A DNA stretch of 64,000 nucleotides from Eledone cirrhosa (lineage: Eukaryota): assembly GCA_964016885.1 (NCBI GenBank), contig OZ024744.1, positions 11,966,001 through 12,030,000 of the forward strand, in the 5' to 3' direction. Shown in pieces: positions 27,665-40,719 of the stretch. The position numbers and the translations under genes are program-made. Position 1 is the first letter of the stretch. Each line of letters begins with the position of its first letter. Below the pieces are notes generated by a model. The model ran no database searches. It saw nothing but the letters and a program-made list of their open reading frames with translations, and was not told the origin of the DNA.

Positions 27665-30600
27665 CAGGTAATACATACATCTAGGACTACATACAAAACA
27701 CAAGCAGGTAATACTCTCAGCTTGGAACACATACAACACACAAGCAGGTAATACATACATCTAGGACAACATACAACACACAAGCAGGTAAAACACAAAT
27801 ATAGCACCACATACAACACACAAGCAGCTAATACCACATCTGGGACCACATACAACAGAGAAGCAGGTAATACCACTTCTAGGAGTACATACAATAACCA
27901 AGCAGGTAATACATACATCTCGGATCCCATACAGTACATAGACATGTGATATAAACATCTGGATACAAATACAACACACAAGCAGGCAATACATCCATCT
28001 AGGACCACATACAACACACCAGCAGGTAGCACATTTATCTACGACCACATACAACACATAAGCAGGCAATACATCCATCCAGGACCAGATACAACACACA
28101 AGCAGGTAACACACACAGCTTGGTACACATACAATACACACACAAGCAGATGATACATACATCTAGGATCACATACAAGGCACGAGCAGGTAATACATAC
28201 ATCTAAGACCACATAAAACACACAACCAAATGATTGATACATCTAGGACCACATACAACACACAAACAGGTAATACATACACCTGGAACACATACAACAC
28301 ACAAACAGGTAATACATACATCTAGGACCACATACAACACACAAGCAGGTAATACATACATCTAGGAACACATACAACACACAAGCAGGTAATACATACA
28401 CCTGGAACACATACAACACACAAGCAGGTAATACATACATCTGGGGCCACATACAACACACAAGCAGGTAATACATACATCTGGGACTACATACAACACA
28501 TAACCAGGTAATACACATATCTAGGACCACATACAACACACAAGCAGGTAATACATACATCTGGGACGACATACAACACACAAGCAGGTAATACATACAT
28601 CTAGGACTACATACAACACATAACCATGTAATACATACATCTAGGACCACATACAATACACAAGCAGGTAATACATACATCTAGGACCACATACAACACA
28701 CAAGCAGGTAATACATACATCTAGGACCACATACAATACACAAGCAGGTAATACATATACCTAGGACCACATACAACACACAAGCAGGTAATACATACAT
28801 CTAGGACTACATTCAATACACAAGCAGGTAATACACACATCTAGGACCACATACAACACACAAGCAGGTAATACATACATCTTGGACCACATACAACACA
28901 CAAGCAGGTAATACATATACCTAGGACCACATACAACACACAAGCAGGTAATACATACATCTAGGACCACATACAGCACACAAGCAGGTAATACATACAT
29001 CTAGGACTACATTCAACACAAAAGCAGGTAATACATACATCTAGTACCACATACAACACACAAGCAGGTAATACATATACCTAGGACCACATACAACACA
29101 CAAGCAGGTAATACATACATCTAGAACCACATACAACACACAAGCAGGTAATTCACACATCTAGAACCACATACAACACACAAGCAGGTAATACACACAT
29201 CTAGGACTACATACAACACACAAGCAGGTGATACATACATCTAGAACCACATACAACACACAAGCAGGTAATTCACACATCTAGAACCACATACAACACA
29301 CAACCAAATGATTGATACATCTAGGACCACATACAACGCACAAGAAGGTAATACATACATCTACGAACACATACAATACACAAGCGATTAATACATACAT
29401 CTAGCACCACATACAACACATAAGCAGGTAATACATCCATCTATGACCAGATACAACACACAAGCCGGTAACACAAACAGCTTGGATCACATACAACACA
29501 TAAGCAGGTAATACATACATCTAGGACTACCTTCAATACACAAGCAGGTGATACATACATCTAGGACCACATTCAATAGACAAGCAGGTAATACATACAT
29601 CTGGGACCAAATACAACACACAAGCAGGTAACACACATCTAGGACAACATACAGCACACAAGCAGGTAATACATACACCTAGGACTACATACAACACACA
29701 AGCAGGTATTACACACATCTAGTACCACATACAATACACAAGCAGGTAATACATACATCTAGGACCACATAAAACACACAAGCAGGTAATACACACATCT
29801 AGTACCACATACAATACACAAGCAGGTAATACATACATCTAGGACCAGATACAACACACAAGCTGGTAATACACACATCTAGTACCACATACAATACACA
29901 AGCTGGTAATATTCACATCTAGGACCACATACAATACACAAGCTGGTAATACACACATCTAGGACCACATACAACACACAAGCAGGTAATACATACATCT
30001 GGGACCACATACAACACACACGCAGGTAATACATACATCTAGGACCACATAAAACACACAAGCAGGTAATACATACATCTAGGACCACATACAACACACA
30101 AGCAGATAATACATACACCTAGGACCACATACAAAACACAAGCTGGTAATATTCACATCTAGGACCACATACAACACACAAATAGGTAATTCACACATCC
30201 AGGACCATATGCAACACACAATCAGGTAATACACACATCTAGGACCACATACAACACACAAGCAGGTAATACATACATCTAGGACCACATACAACACACA
30301 AGCATGTAATACATACATCTAGGACTACCTACAATACACAACCAGGTGATACATATATCTAGGACCACATACAATACACAAGCAGGTAAAAACCCGCATC
30401 TAGGACCACATACAAAACACAAGCAGGTGATACTTACATCTAGGACCGCATACAATACACAGCCAGTAATATTCACATCTATGACCATATACAACACAGA
30501 AGCATGTAATACTTATCTCTAGGACCATATACAACATAGAACCATGTAATAAACACATCTAGGATCACATACAACACACAAGCAGGTAATACATACATCT

Positions 30601-33270
30601 AGGACCACATACGACACACAAGCAGGTAATACATACATCTGAGACCACATACAACACACAAGCAGGTAATACAGACATCTGTGACCACAAACAACACACA
30701 AGGATGTAATACATACATCTAGGACCACATACAACACATAAGCAGGTAATACATACATCTAGGACCACATACAACACATACTGAGGTAATATATATTTAT
30801 CTGGTACCACATACAACACACAAGCAGATAATACATATACATCTGGGACCACATACAACACACAAGCAGGTAATACATATATCTAGGACCACATACAACA
30901 CACAAGCTGATAATTCACACATCTAGGACCACATACAACACACAAGCAGGTAATACACACATCTAGGATCACATACAACACACAAACAGATAATAGCTAC
31001 ATCTAAGACCACATACAACACACAATCAGGTAATACATACATCTGGGTCCATTTACAACACACAAGCAGGTAATACATACATCTAAGACCACATACAATA
31101 CATAAGCAGGTAATACATACATCTGGGACCACATACGACACAGAAGCAGGTAATACATACATCTAGGATCACATACAACACACAAGCAGTAATACACACG
31201 TCTATGACCACATACAATACATAAGCAGTTAATACACACATCTAGGACCACATACGACACACAAGCAGGTAATACATACATCTAGGACCACATACATCAC
31301 ATAAGCTGGTAATACACACATCTAGGACCACATATTACACACAAGCAGGTAATACATACATCTAGGACTACATACAGCATACAAATAGGTAATACTTACA
31401 TCTTGGACCACATACAACACACCAGCAGTTAATACATACATCTAGGACCACATACGACACACAAGCAGGTAATACATACATTTAGGACTACATACAACAC
31501 ACAAGCAGGTAATACATACATCTAGGACTACATACAACACATAACCAGGTAATACATACATCTGGGAACATATACAACACACAAGCATGTAATACAAACA
31601 TCTAGGACTACCTACAATACACAACCAGGTGATACATATATCTAGGACCACATACAACACACAAGCAGGTAATACATACATCTAGGACCACATACAACAC
31701 ACAAGCATGTAATACATACATCTAGGACTACCTACAATACACAACCAGGTGATACATATATCTAGGACCACATACAATACACAAGCAGGTAAAAACACGC
31801 ATCTAGGACCACATACAAAACACAAGCAGGTGATACTTACATCTAGGACCGCATACAATACACAGCCAGTAATATTCACATTTATGACCATATACAACAC
31901 AGAAGCATGTAATACTTATCTCTATGACCACATACAACATAGAAGCATGTAATAAACACATCTAGGATAACATACAACACACAAGCAGGTAATACATACT
32001 TCTAGGACCACATACGACACACAAGCAGGTAATACACACATCTGGGACCACATACAACAACAACACGCAGCAGGTAATACACATATCTAGGACCACATAC
32101 AACACACAGCAGGTAATACAAATATAGGACCACATACAACACACAAACAGGTAATACACACATCTAGGACAACATACAACACACAAGCAGGTAATACATA
32201 CATCTAGGACCATATACAATACCCAATCAGGTAATACATACATCTAGGACCACGTACAACACACAAGAAGCTAATACATACATCTAGGATCACATACAAT
32301 ACACAAGAAGGTAATACATACATCTAGGACCACATACAACACACAAACAGGTAATATATACATACATATAGGACCACATACAACACACAAGCAGGTAAAA
32401 GCCCACATCTAGGACCACATACAATACACAAGCAAGTAATATTCACATCTAGGACCACATACAATACACAAGCTGGTAATACATACATCTAGGACCACAT
32501 ACAACACACAAGCAGGTAATACATACATCTAGGACCACATACAACACATACTGAGGTAATATATATTTATCTGGGACCACATACAACACACAAGCAGGTA
32601 ATACATATAAATCTGGGACCACATACAACACACAAGCAGGTAATACATATATCTAGGACCACATACAACACACAAGCTGGTAATTTACACATCTAGGATC
32701 ACATACAACACACAAGCAGGTAATACATACATCTAGGACCAAATACAACACACAAGCAGGTAATAAATACATCTAGGACTACATACAACACATAACCAGG
32801 TAATACATACATCTAGGACCACATACAACACACAAGCAGGTAATACATACATCTAAGACCACATACAGCACACAAATAGGCAATACATACATCTTAGTCC
32901 ACATAAATCCCACCAGCAGGTAATACATACATCTAGGACCACATGTAACATATAAGCATGTAATACACACATCTAGGATCACATACAACACACTAACAGG
33001 TAATATATACATCTAGGGCCACATACAATACATAAGCAGGTAATACATACATCTAGGACCACATACAACACACAAGCAGGTAATACATACATCTAGGACC
33101 ACATACAACACACAAGCAGGTAATACATACATCTGAGACCACATACAACACACAAGCAGGTAATACAGACATCTGTGACCACATACAACACACAAGGATG
33201 TAATACATACATCTAGGACCACATACAACACATAAGCAGGTAATACATACATCTAGGACCACATTCAACA
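27662..33270. repeat. 40-bp satellite, ~140 units (consensus ACATACAACACACAAGCAGGTAATACATACATCTAGGACC)
   Basis: Directly visible 40-nt periodicity with diverged units. Confidence 0.97.
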
Positions 33271-34342
33271 AAATGCAGGCGAAAGGGGTGGACAAACGAG
33301 CTGCTACCAGAGTAAAAGATAACAATATCACGAGGAGCATTGGGAAACCTCTCTAATAATTTTTCGGCAAGCCAGCACGCTCGCAGCGTTACTTCAGGTG
33401 ATAATGAGGCTGGTTGCCTGGAATACTCAAGCGCCGCCACCGGTTCAGGCGTGCCACCAATCAAGATAAGGATCTCGCAGTCAGTATCCTAGACTCACCC
33501 AAGCTGGAAAATGTAGTTGGCCGACAGATGACGGTTTTTTAGCATTTTGTTCCGCGGGGAAGCTGTGGCTGTGGCTCTTGCCCTAACCACAGCATCCAGG
33601 ATGTGGGAAGAAGCAATAAAGTCACTAACTGTGACGTCCCCGACAAGACATCTGCCTCTCGACCAGGGGCACAGTGTAAGGCCGTCAGGTCTTTTCCCAT
33701 CACTTCTGGACAACCCAGATGGTTCCAATATAGGGGATGTTTGCCAGGGCCAAAGCTCTCTTCAGAATAAGGTTTAGCTCCGTGTGTCGTGCGAAGCGAC
33801 CGGCATCAGGCGGTAAGTAAGACCGTGGAGGCCTGTGGAGTCGAGGAGTTTGCCTCATCGACACCTCAGACCCGTACAGACATCAGCTCCCACTCTGGCG
33901 GCAATGGAGACACGAAGTTCATCCAAGCTGATTAGGCTACCAACGTTAGCCACGGGTAGGGCATCAACCCAGTCACCTGAGTATTTGGCGCTGGCTGACA
34001 GTAAGCGGCACCTTGAAAGCTGATCTGACTGGTCGAAGAGAGTCAAAAGTGGCCTTCGAATTTATGCTGTCTCAAGCTTTCTGACTTCGACTGTCCCGCA
34101 CTTTCTCAGGAACAGAGAAGCCCAACTCACTCCATTGTTGAGGAGCTTCATCCAACTCCCTATTGGAACTAGTCCATGTTGGAGAGGTGAGGATGTTGCT
34201 TACTAGGGTGGAGCAAATGTGGGTGGAGGAAAGGAGGCAAGGGAGAAAGAGGGACGAACATTTACTAAGACCAAGACACCCAAATCGCTTGGGCAACGCA
34301 GCCTGATCACGGGACTCTGGAGAGAGTCTGACATTGTCCACA
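33271..34342 (-). mobile_element. CRE-like non-LTR retrotransposon 3' fragment
   Basis: QAALPKRFGCLG, SGDWVDALP, ELRVSIAARVG, EPSGLSRSDGKRPDGLTLCPWSRGRCLVGDVTV. Confidence 0.82.
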
Positions 34343-34580
34343 AGTGAATATAGTATTCAGTAACGCTTCAGTGCTGTGCACGAATCCTTTATTTACCATG
34401 GGAATATATCCAGGCTGTGTGGTTTAGAAGAACGGTGCCATAAACCCTTAAACCAGGGAAAATTTATTTATTGTCTTCTCTGCGAGGTTACAGATCAGTT
34501 ACTTGGTAGTCGTGTCACTAAGGAAAAAGAAAACACCGTGGAAAAATATTTCTTTCGCTACAGGGTATCCGAGAGGGACA

Positions 34581-35451
34581 TGTAGCGACTTATACAGAAA
34601 TAATCGTTTGATGTTTAGCCGCTGTGTAGGCGTTTATTCTGGTAGCTTTTAAGGGTTTGTAGCAGGAATTGCCTCCCTTGTTGTGACACTCACATCACCA
34701 ATAGATTAACGCTCTCTAGATAGGAAGCAGAACCCTTTCTGTAACTTCCGGAGGAACCCTATAAAACGAATAACTTTCAGCTCCCTTTCTCTCATTTGCC
34801 TTTTCGGCTCCTGGCCTTCGGCCAGGCTTCTTCGGCTAGGCGCGTTCGCCTGGCGACCAAACGGTAACTAATAACTTTGCTTCATTCTCTCATCTATTCA
34901 TTGACATGTCAACTATACTGTTCTATATATCCACAAATTGTTGATTAAATATTATACACACAAACAACGTCTCCTTGTTATACTTATACAACCAGTATTT
35001 TGTTATAGGTCTTTTGTTTCACGTTGAGGTAGCTAGCTAACAGGTAGATGGTGCTGTATATTTCACAGATGTTATTTCCGGTGGCTGTACAGACACATCC
35101 CACCTCTCCGATATCTGGGGAGAAGTTGATTGCCAGAATCTTGGAGGTCAGATTAATTTATAGCACTAGAGAGAGAGAAAAAAATAGCGAGGAAATGTTT
35201 TTTTCCTCACTGAAATCGAGTGGGCTGCTCTTCGATAATAATACCATATTTTATTGGAAGAGGCTATTTAGCCGGTTCTGATAAAATAGACTCACAAGAA
35301 TCACGCCCTAAATATTTTCGATCCATTTTCGAAATTAAGCATTTTACAGAAACTCACGACTTTAGGTTAAAAGCAGTAGTCTCCGAGTGGGTTCTAAAAC
35401 ATTATTTATTAACTAGAGTTGCGTTCCTTTATGGTGGGGTTACCGGCTACA
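34581..35451 (+). mobile_element. Possible LTR
   Basis: TGTAGC..GCTACA termini, purine-rich GAGAGGGACA immediately upstream, TATAAAA at ~34760. No TSD and no second copy in the window. Confidence 0.35.
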
Positions 35452-35464
35452 TAGCCTATTCGTA

Positions 35465-36022
35465 TTTTATTCACAAATATATAAACATTACAAATTTTTT
35501 ATAATCCTTACAGAATGAAAATACATGCACAAATAATATATATAATATTTAATTACAGGTTGTTAATTTAGCAATTATTGCTGCGTAAATATATTACAAA
35601 ACGTTTGCAATTCTTTCAGAATGAAAATATAAACAAAGCTTATAAATAAATTTACAGTAGAATAACATAACAAATATGTTTTAAATATATACATAAATAA
35701 CATTACAAATGCTTAGATAACATTATAAATAGCTCGCGATTCTTTCAGAAAGATATATTCTTTTAATGTTACAATATTAAAGAAAATGTAAATGAAGGGG
35801 TGAACAACGGAGCCAACACCAGAGCAAAAGACAGCAACGAGGAGTACTGGGCAACCTCTCTAATGATTTTTGAGGCAAGCCAGCACACTGTCAGTGTTAC
35901 CTCGGGTGATGGCGAGGCTGATGCGCTGAAACAGCCAAGCGCCCTCGCGAGATTCGCCAGTTACCTCTATTAGGCGAGCCGCCAGTGAAGGGAGGAACCT
36001 CGCAGTCAGCGGCCCGACTCCT
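35465..36022 (-). mobile_element. CRE-like 3' end, short 5'-truncated copy
   Basis: The reverse strand reads GVGPLTARFL..GESREGAWLFQRISLAITRGN..KNH*, followed by an AT-rich 3' UTR. Confidence 0.65.
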
Positions 36023-36104
36023 ATTACATAAATATCAGTTTAAAACGAAAGTAAATATATTTTAATCATGACGTGGAGCCTTATAAATATAAATGTTTAC
36101 AATT

Positions 36105-36198
36105 ATCCCAGTGCATTACTGGTACTTTATTTTATCGACCCCGTAAAGATGAAAGACAAAGTTAACCTCGGTGGGATTTGAACTCAGAACGTAAAGGA
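36105..36198 (-). mobile_element. SINE fragment
   Basis: Reverse complement of the SINE core and B-box. Confidence 0.7.
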
Positions 36199-37436
36199 GT
36201 CTTATAAATATAATGCACAAAAATATACAATCAAAGCGAACTCCCGAAAATATCAATTCAACAGTGTGTCAACGGGTTACACACTAAAGGGATATCGGAA
36301 CTTCCCTCTAATACCATGGGTGGTGGTGAGGTTAAGGCGCTGAAACAACCCTCACTAGGAGCTTTAACGAAGGGTAAATTAAGAAATTGTTATAGTTATA
36401 TGTGGTTATTTAGATATGATAAAGTTGTTAGATGTAATGACATAGTTGTTAATGTAATAACAAAAATAATAATAATAATAATAAATGATTTGGTTTATAT
36501 ATATATATATATATATGAGTTTACTTCACGTGAATCAAAAAGTACAATAAAACAGTTACCAAGAGTTGCGGAGATTGACAATGTTATTTTGCTGTTGGTT
36601 TATGAGACTGTTGTAATCTGTACTAGTTGACTATTGTTGTTGATGTGAAAACAGCGAGCGAACAGATAATGTTGTTGTTGTTGGAGTCCGTGGTAATAGT
36701 CGAGACCATAGTGAGTGAGTGAGAGTAATGGTTTGTATACCTCTGAATGGTCTGTAGTAGTAGGGCTCCAATCTCTCTGTGTGTATCTGTAGACCTCATG
36801 GGGTCTGTTGATAGTGGTGAATCTTTCACATAGCTTATTCTGTAGTAGTTGTGCTCCGATCTCTGTGTTTCTGTAGACCTCAAGGGCCTGAAGGTAGCGG
36901 TGAATTTTTATATAGTTAGTTGCTGGCGTAATGCTCCGATCTTTCTGACTAAAGTAGGATGATACAGGCTCTATATGGCTGTCACTTCCTGTCTCCCACC
37001 TCGAACCTGTTCACACCAAAAGGGTGGTGACCTAGAATTTGATCTTCAGGTGTCACCCAAGGTTCAAAGCGCGGATAGATTTCGCTATAGAGCTTCACCT
37101 GGTAAGGCGGGCAGTTAACGATGACCAGAACTTACTGTCAGCCACCCAAATGTCTCGAACACTACAGACGAAGAAATAGTTTACCGATAATTCCCGGTAT
37201 TTTAGAATTTTATTCTGTTCGGCTACGAAAAAAAGTGACCCTCACATTTACCGCGGCACCAGGATGTGGGAGTGAAAGTGTCACTGCCTGTAGCGTCATA
37301 GATGAGACATCTAGCTCTTACCCACAGATAAATTTTACTAATTTATTAAATTACCGTATTTGTTTACATTTTGTCAATTAATTAAATTAATACATTTGTT
37401 AACATTTTGTTAATTAATTAAATTACTAAATATATT

Positions 37437-37630
37437 AGTTTCTGACTTAGGCACAAGGCCTAATTTGGAGGAAGGGGAAAGTCAATTAAATCTACTTCAG
37501 TACATTACTGGTACTTTATTTTATCGACCCCGTAAGGATGAAAGGCAAAGTTAACCTCGGCAGGATTTGAACTCAGAACGTAAAGAAGCATGTTGTCCAA
37601 CGCTCTACCGATACTGCCAACCCACCACCC
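37437..37630 (-). mobile_element. SINE, near full length
   Basis: Reverse complement of head, B-box (GAGTTCAAATCC), core and 3' end. Confidence 0.75.
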
Positions 37631-37734
37631 AAGATGTTAAATCGTCGCCGATATATTAAAAACATTAATACATATCTGGTTGGTAAAATAACTGAATGAA
37701 CTCTTTCTAGCTGAAGTTGTAAAAGTATATAAGA

Positions 37735-38043
37735 TTTTTTTTTTTATTATACAAAGCATATAAATAAATTTACAGTAGAATAACATAACAAATATGTTTT
37801 AAATATATACATAAATAACATTACAGATGCTTAAATAACATTATAAATAGCTCGCGATTCTTTCAGAAGGATATATTCTTTTAATGTTACAATATTAAAG
37901 AAAATGTAAAGGAGGGGTGAACAACGGAGCCACCACCAGAGCAAAAGACAGCAACGAGGAGTACTGGGCAACCTCTCTAATGATTTTTGAAGCAAGCCAG
38001 CACACTGTCAGTGTTACCTCGGCTGATGGCGAGGCTAATGCGC
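37735..38043 (-). mobile_element. CRE-like 3' end, second short copy with poly(A)
   Basis: Closely matches 35634-35926. Poly-T at ~37735 on + corresponds to a poly(A) tail. Confidence 0.65.
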
Positions 38044-38399
38044 TTGCAAAAGTAGATGAGTTATATTAATGTTTGTTTTCCTTCTTCCTTCCTAGTGTGA
38101 CAGGTGGTTCTATCTTCGCCCTTTTCTCCTCCTCCTGTGGCTAGCAATTGAGATACACGACATAACATTTTCACTCTTTAATATTTCATTTTTTTTCTTT
38201 TTCCATTGTAAACATTCTGAAATTTTGTAGAAATGCACGGCTGATTGTCGCACTTGGTGCTCAATTGACCGTCATTTTCGTTTTTGTTTTTGTTTCCTCC
38301 TTTTTTTTTCTTTCTCTCGCTTTGGTCATGTATATATTTGTGAGGTTCCTGGCAATAATGTTGGTAGTATATAGGGTTTTATTTACAGTGATAAAACAA

Positions 38400-38519
38400 C
38401 AATAATAATTTTTTTCTACTTTTTGCACAAGGCCAGCAATTATCAGTGTATTACTGGTACTTTATATTATCGACCCCCGTAAGGATGAAAGGTAAAGTTA
38501 ACCTGGGCGGGATTTGAAT
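38400..38519 (-). mobile_element. SINE (head missing)
   Basis: Reverse complement of the SINE 3' end and core. Confidence 0.7.
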
Positions 38520-38589
38520 AATGACGTCAATAATAAAGGGAAACAAAAGGAAAGAAAGAATAGAGAAATATAGAGAAATAAAGAAGAAA

Positions 38590-38900
38590 AAGAAGGGGGG
38601 GGAGTGGCTAGGGCTCTGGTGGTGCAGAAGAGCGGGGAGGGTGAAGAGGGAGGTGATTGTGTTGGGCCAGGGGGCAGAAGTGCTGCGCCCAGCTGACAAG
38701 ACCGCAAAAGCATTCTCCCGGATGTTAGTCAGTGACATCCGTTACAACAGCCACCCAACCACGCGGGGCTCCCTCCTCAGACGTGCCGCTCCGATCTTAC
38801 GGAGGAGCTCGGCAGCACGGGGTCCAAGTACGCCTGAGGTCTTTACGGTGACCGGTGCGAAGAGGAAGCGGCCGGTCAAACCCCGGTATTTGTTTATTTT
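38590..38900 (-). mobile_element. CRE-like 3' fragment
   Basis: The reverse strand reads KYRGLTGRFLFAPVTVKTSGVLGPRAAELLRKIG..GWLL*RMSL..RENAFAVL. Confidence 0.65.
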
Positions 38901-38961
38901 ACGTAATTCTGCGGAGCGGGTCGCGATGCCTTATTATGTGTTTATATTTGTGTTTATCAAC

Positions 38962-39036
38962 GACGGGGTCGATAAAATAAAGTACCAGTAATGCACTGAA
39001 TATTTGCTGGCCTTGTGCCAAAAGTAGAAGCAATTA
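38962..39036 (+). mobile_element. SINE 3' half
   Basis: ACGGGGTCGATAAAATAAAGTACCAGTAATGCACTG..GCCAAAAGTAGAA. Confidence 0.7.
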
Positions 39037-39349
39037 TATTTGTAATGGTATTTATACAACTGTGAATAAAAAAGTGTTCATATTTTTATATCATAAATAA
39101 ATTAAAAACCCTCTTTCCTTCCTCTCATTTATAGTTCTTTCCTTTACTTTCCCATACAGTCAGATCTGCTTTTCTTTACTCCGTCACCCTTATTTAATAT
39201 TTCAAATCATTGTATAATAGTAAATATAGTAAAATATAGATTTCTTATAGTAAAATATAGTTGATCAACAATATCGTTTCTACAACAGGTATAAGATGTT
39301 ATTCAATGGAGAGAGCGTGGGGAAGACAATGAATGAATTGAGTGAGCTA

Positions 39350-39410
39350 ACGTTGATTGGTTGATTGAGACGGGCACGTGATAGTTGCTAGGAGCCCAGT
39401 AAACATTACT
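39350..39410 (+). promoter_or_regulatory. Candidate Pol II promoter: reverse CCAAT, E-box, RFX X-box-like and forkhead motifs
   Basis: ATTGG 39356-39360, CACGTG 39375-39380, GTTGCTAGGAGC 39384-39395 and GTAAACA 39399-39405 cluster in non-repetitive DNA ~100 bp upstream of an ATG and splice donor. Confidence 0.45.
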
Positions 39411-39494
39411 ACATTTCACTACAGTCCTGCTAAACACACCAAGGATAAGAAAGAGAAAAAATCTACTGAAAAATTAAAAAATAGAATAACAAAA

Positions 39495-39547
39495 ATGTTG
39501 AATCTAGAGGAATATTTTAGGACCACCTTTGAGAATAAACTTCTCTT
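39495..39547 (+). CDS. Candidate first coding exon of a host gene (MLNLEEYFRTTFENKLL.., phase-2 donor)
   Basis: AAAAATG start context, 53-nt open frame and perfect donor GTAAGT at 39548-39553. Product not recognised. Confidence 0.35.
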
Positions 39548-39654
39548 GTAAGTTCTTCTATAATATTTTCAGAAACGCTTGTTAATTTGAATTATTTAAA
39601 CGCTGAAGGAGCATGTATTAAAACTTAAGAGAATGTCCGACGTCTTAGAAAAGC

Positions 39655-39784
39655 CACTACAATACATATTTACTATAATATAGTTGTATAATAACAGCGA
39701 TCTGTTTATATGTTGCCGTCACAGCAGCGATATATCTCCCACTTATATTACAACGATTTTATCGTTGTAATATTTGTTGTAGTG
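39655..39784. mobile_element. Possible 130-bp CACTA-type non-autonomous element
   Basis: Termini CACTACAA..TTGTAGTG and internal palindrome ATATTACAACGAT-TTT-ATCGTTGTAATAT. No clear TSD. Confidence 0.45.
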
Positions 39785-39961
39785 ACGTTTCCTTTGTGAG
39801 AGACAAAAACACACTGTTAACATGTTTATTTTATCTTTTAACTGAGCCATGTTGCTTAATGTTGGCACAGTCGTTAGAACCTTCTCTGTCTGCGTTTTGA
39901 GTTCAAATCACGCCGAGGCCAGGTTTGCCTTTCACACACGTACACACACACACTCACACCT

Positions 39962-39992
<31 letters not shown>

Positions 39993-40254
39993 AGCATGGA
40001 AAAGCGAACGTAAAAACGATGATATTCAATGGGTATAAAAAAATTCGTTGTAACGAAAAATTCTTTATAACAAGATCGACCGTAACACATCAGGCGTGTG
40101 GCCGGGGATTGAAAAAAAAATTTCGTTATACTGAAAATGTCATTATAATGGTATTCGTTATAACGGAATTTTGCCTGTGTTTATATATATATATATATTT
40201 CATTTCTGAATTTGTTTACCAAGACTCTTTATCTGAAAACGTGTGTTGAAACCG

Positions 40255-40680
40255 ATATTGTTATACTTTGGGAGGGTCATGTTGCTAATAAGAAACACAC
40301 GCACCAGTTGCTTTCACTCCAATTTATTATAAATTAAATTTATAAATTTAAGAATTTATAAATTTCCGGTTGGTTGGTTGGTTCCACAACCGGACGGTTG
40401 TTCATATATTGTCAAAGTTCTTTCGTCACACATTCTGTGACTTCTTCAGTGACTGGGGATTCTTTTCTTTGTTTTGTGCCTCTCCTTTGTTCTGTCCTAC
40501 GCCATCAAACAAGAATGTGTGACGAAAGAACTTTGACAATATATGAACAACCGTCCGGTTATGGCACCAACCAACCAACCGGAAATTTATAAATTCTTTA
40601 ATTTATAATAAATTGGAGTGAAAGCAACTGGTGCATGTGTTTCTTATTGGCAACATGACCCTACCAAAGTATGACAATAT
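40255..40680. mobile_element. Penelope-type foldback element (arms ~40255-40436 and ~40512-40680)
   Basis: The arms are reverse complements, with (TA)n at the right end, and contain a minimal hammerhead motif. Confidence 0.7.
40411..40453 (-). ncRNA. Minimal type I hammerhead ribozyme motif
   Basis: Minus strand reads GUCA-CUGAAGA-A-GUCACA(GAAUG)UGUGAC-GAAA-GAAC-UU^UGAC, with stem I GUCA/UGAC. Confidence 0.55.
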
Positions 40681-40719
40681 ATATATATAGAGAGAGAGAG
40701 AGATAGAGAGAGATGCCAA

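Noticed and set aside
27662-33270. CRISPR-like regular array and Cys-rich small ORFs
   Set aside because: These are head-to-tail 40-bp monomers without unique spacers, with no cas genes and a eukaryotic context. The ORFs are repeat translations.
35634-38043. ~290-bp direct repeats 2.1 kb apart as an LTR pair
   Set aside because: Both are CRE 3' ends with different truncation points, one with poly(A), and have no TG..CA termini.
38400-39036. Inverted repeats flanking a GC-rich ORF (38521-38991) as a DNA transposon
   Set aside because: The arms are two SINE fragments and the middle is a CRE remnant on the other strand.
39548-39572. GTAAGT..TTTTCAG as a complete intron
   Set aside because: At 25 nt it is too short for a typical metazoan spliceosomal intron.
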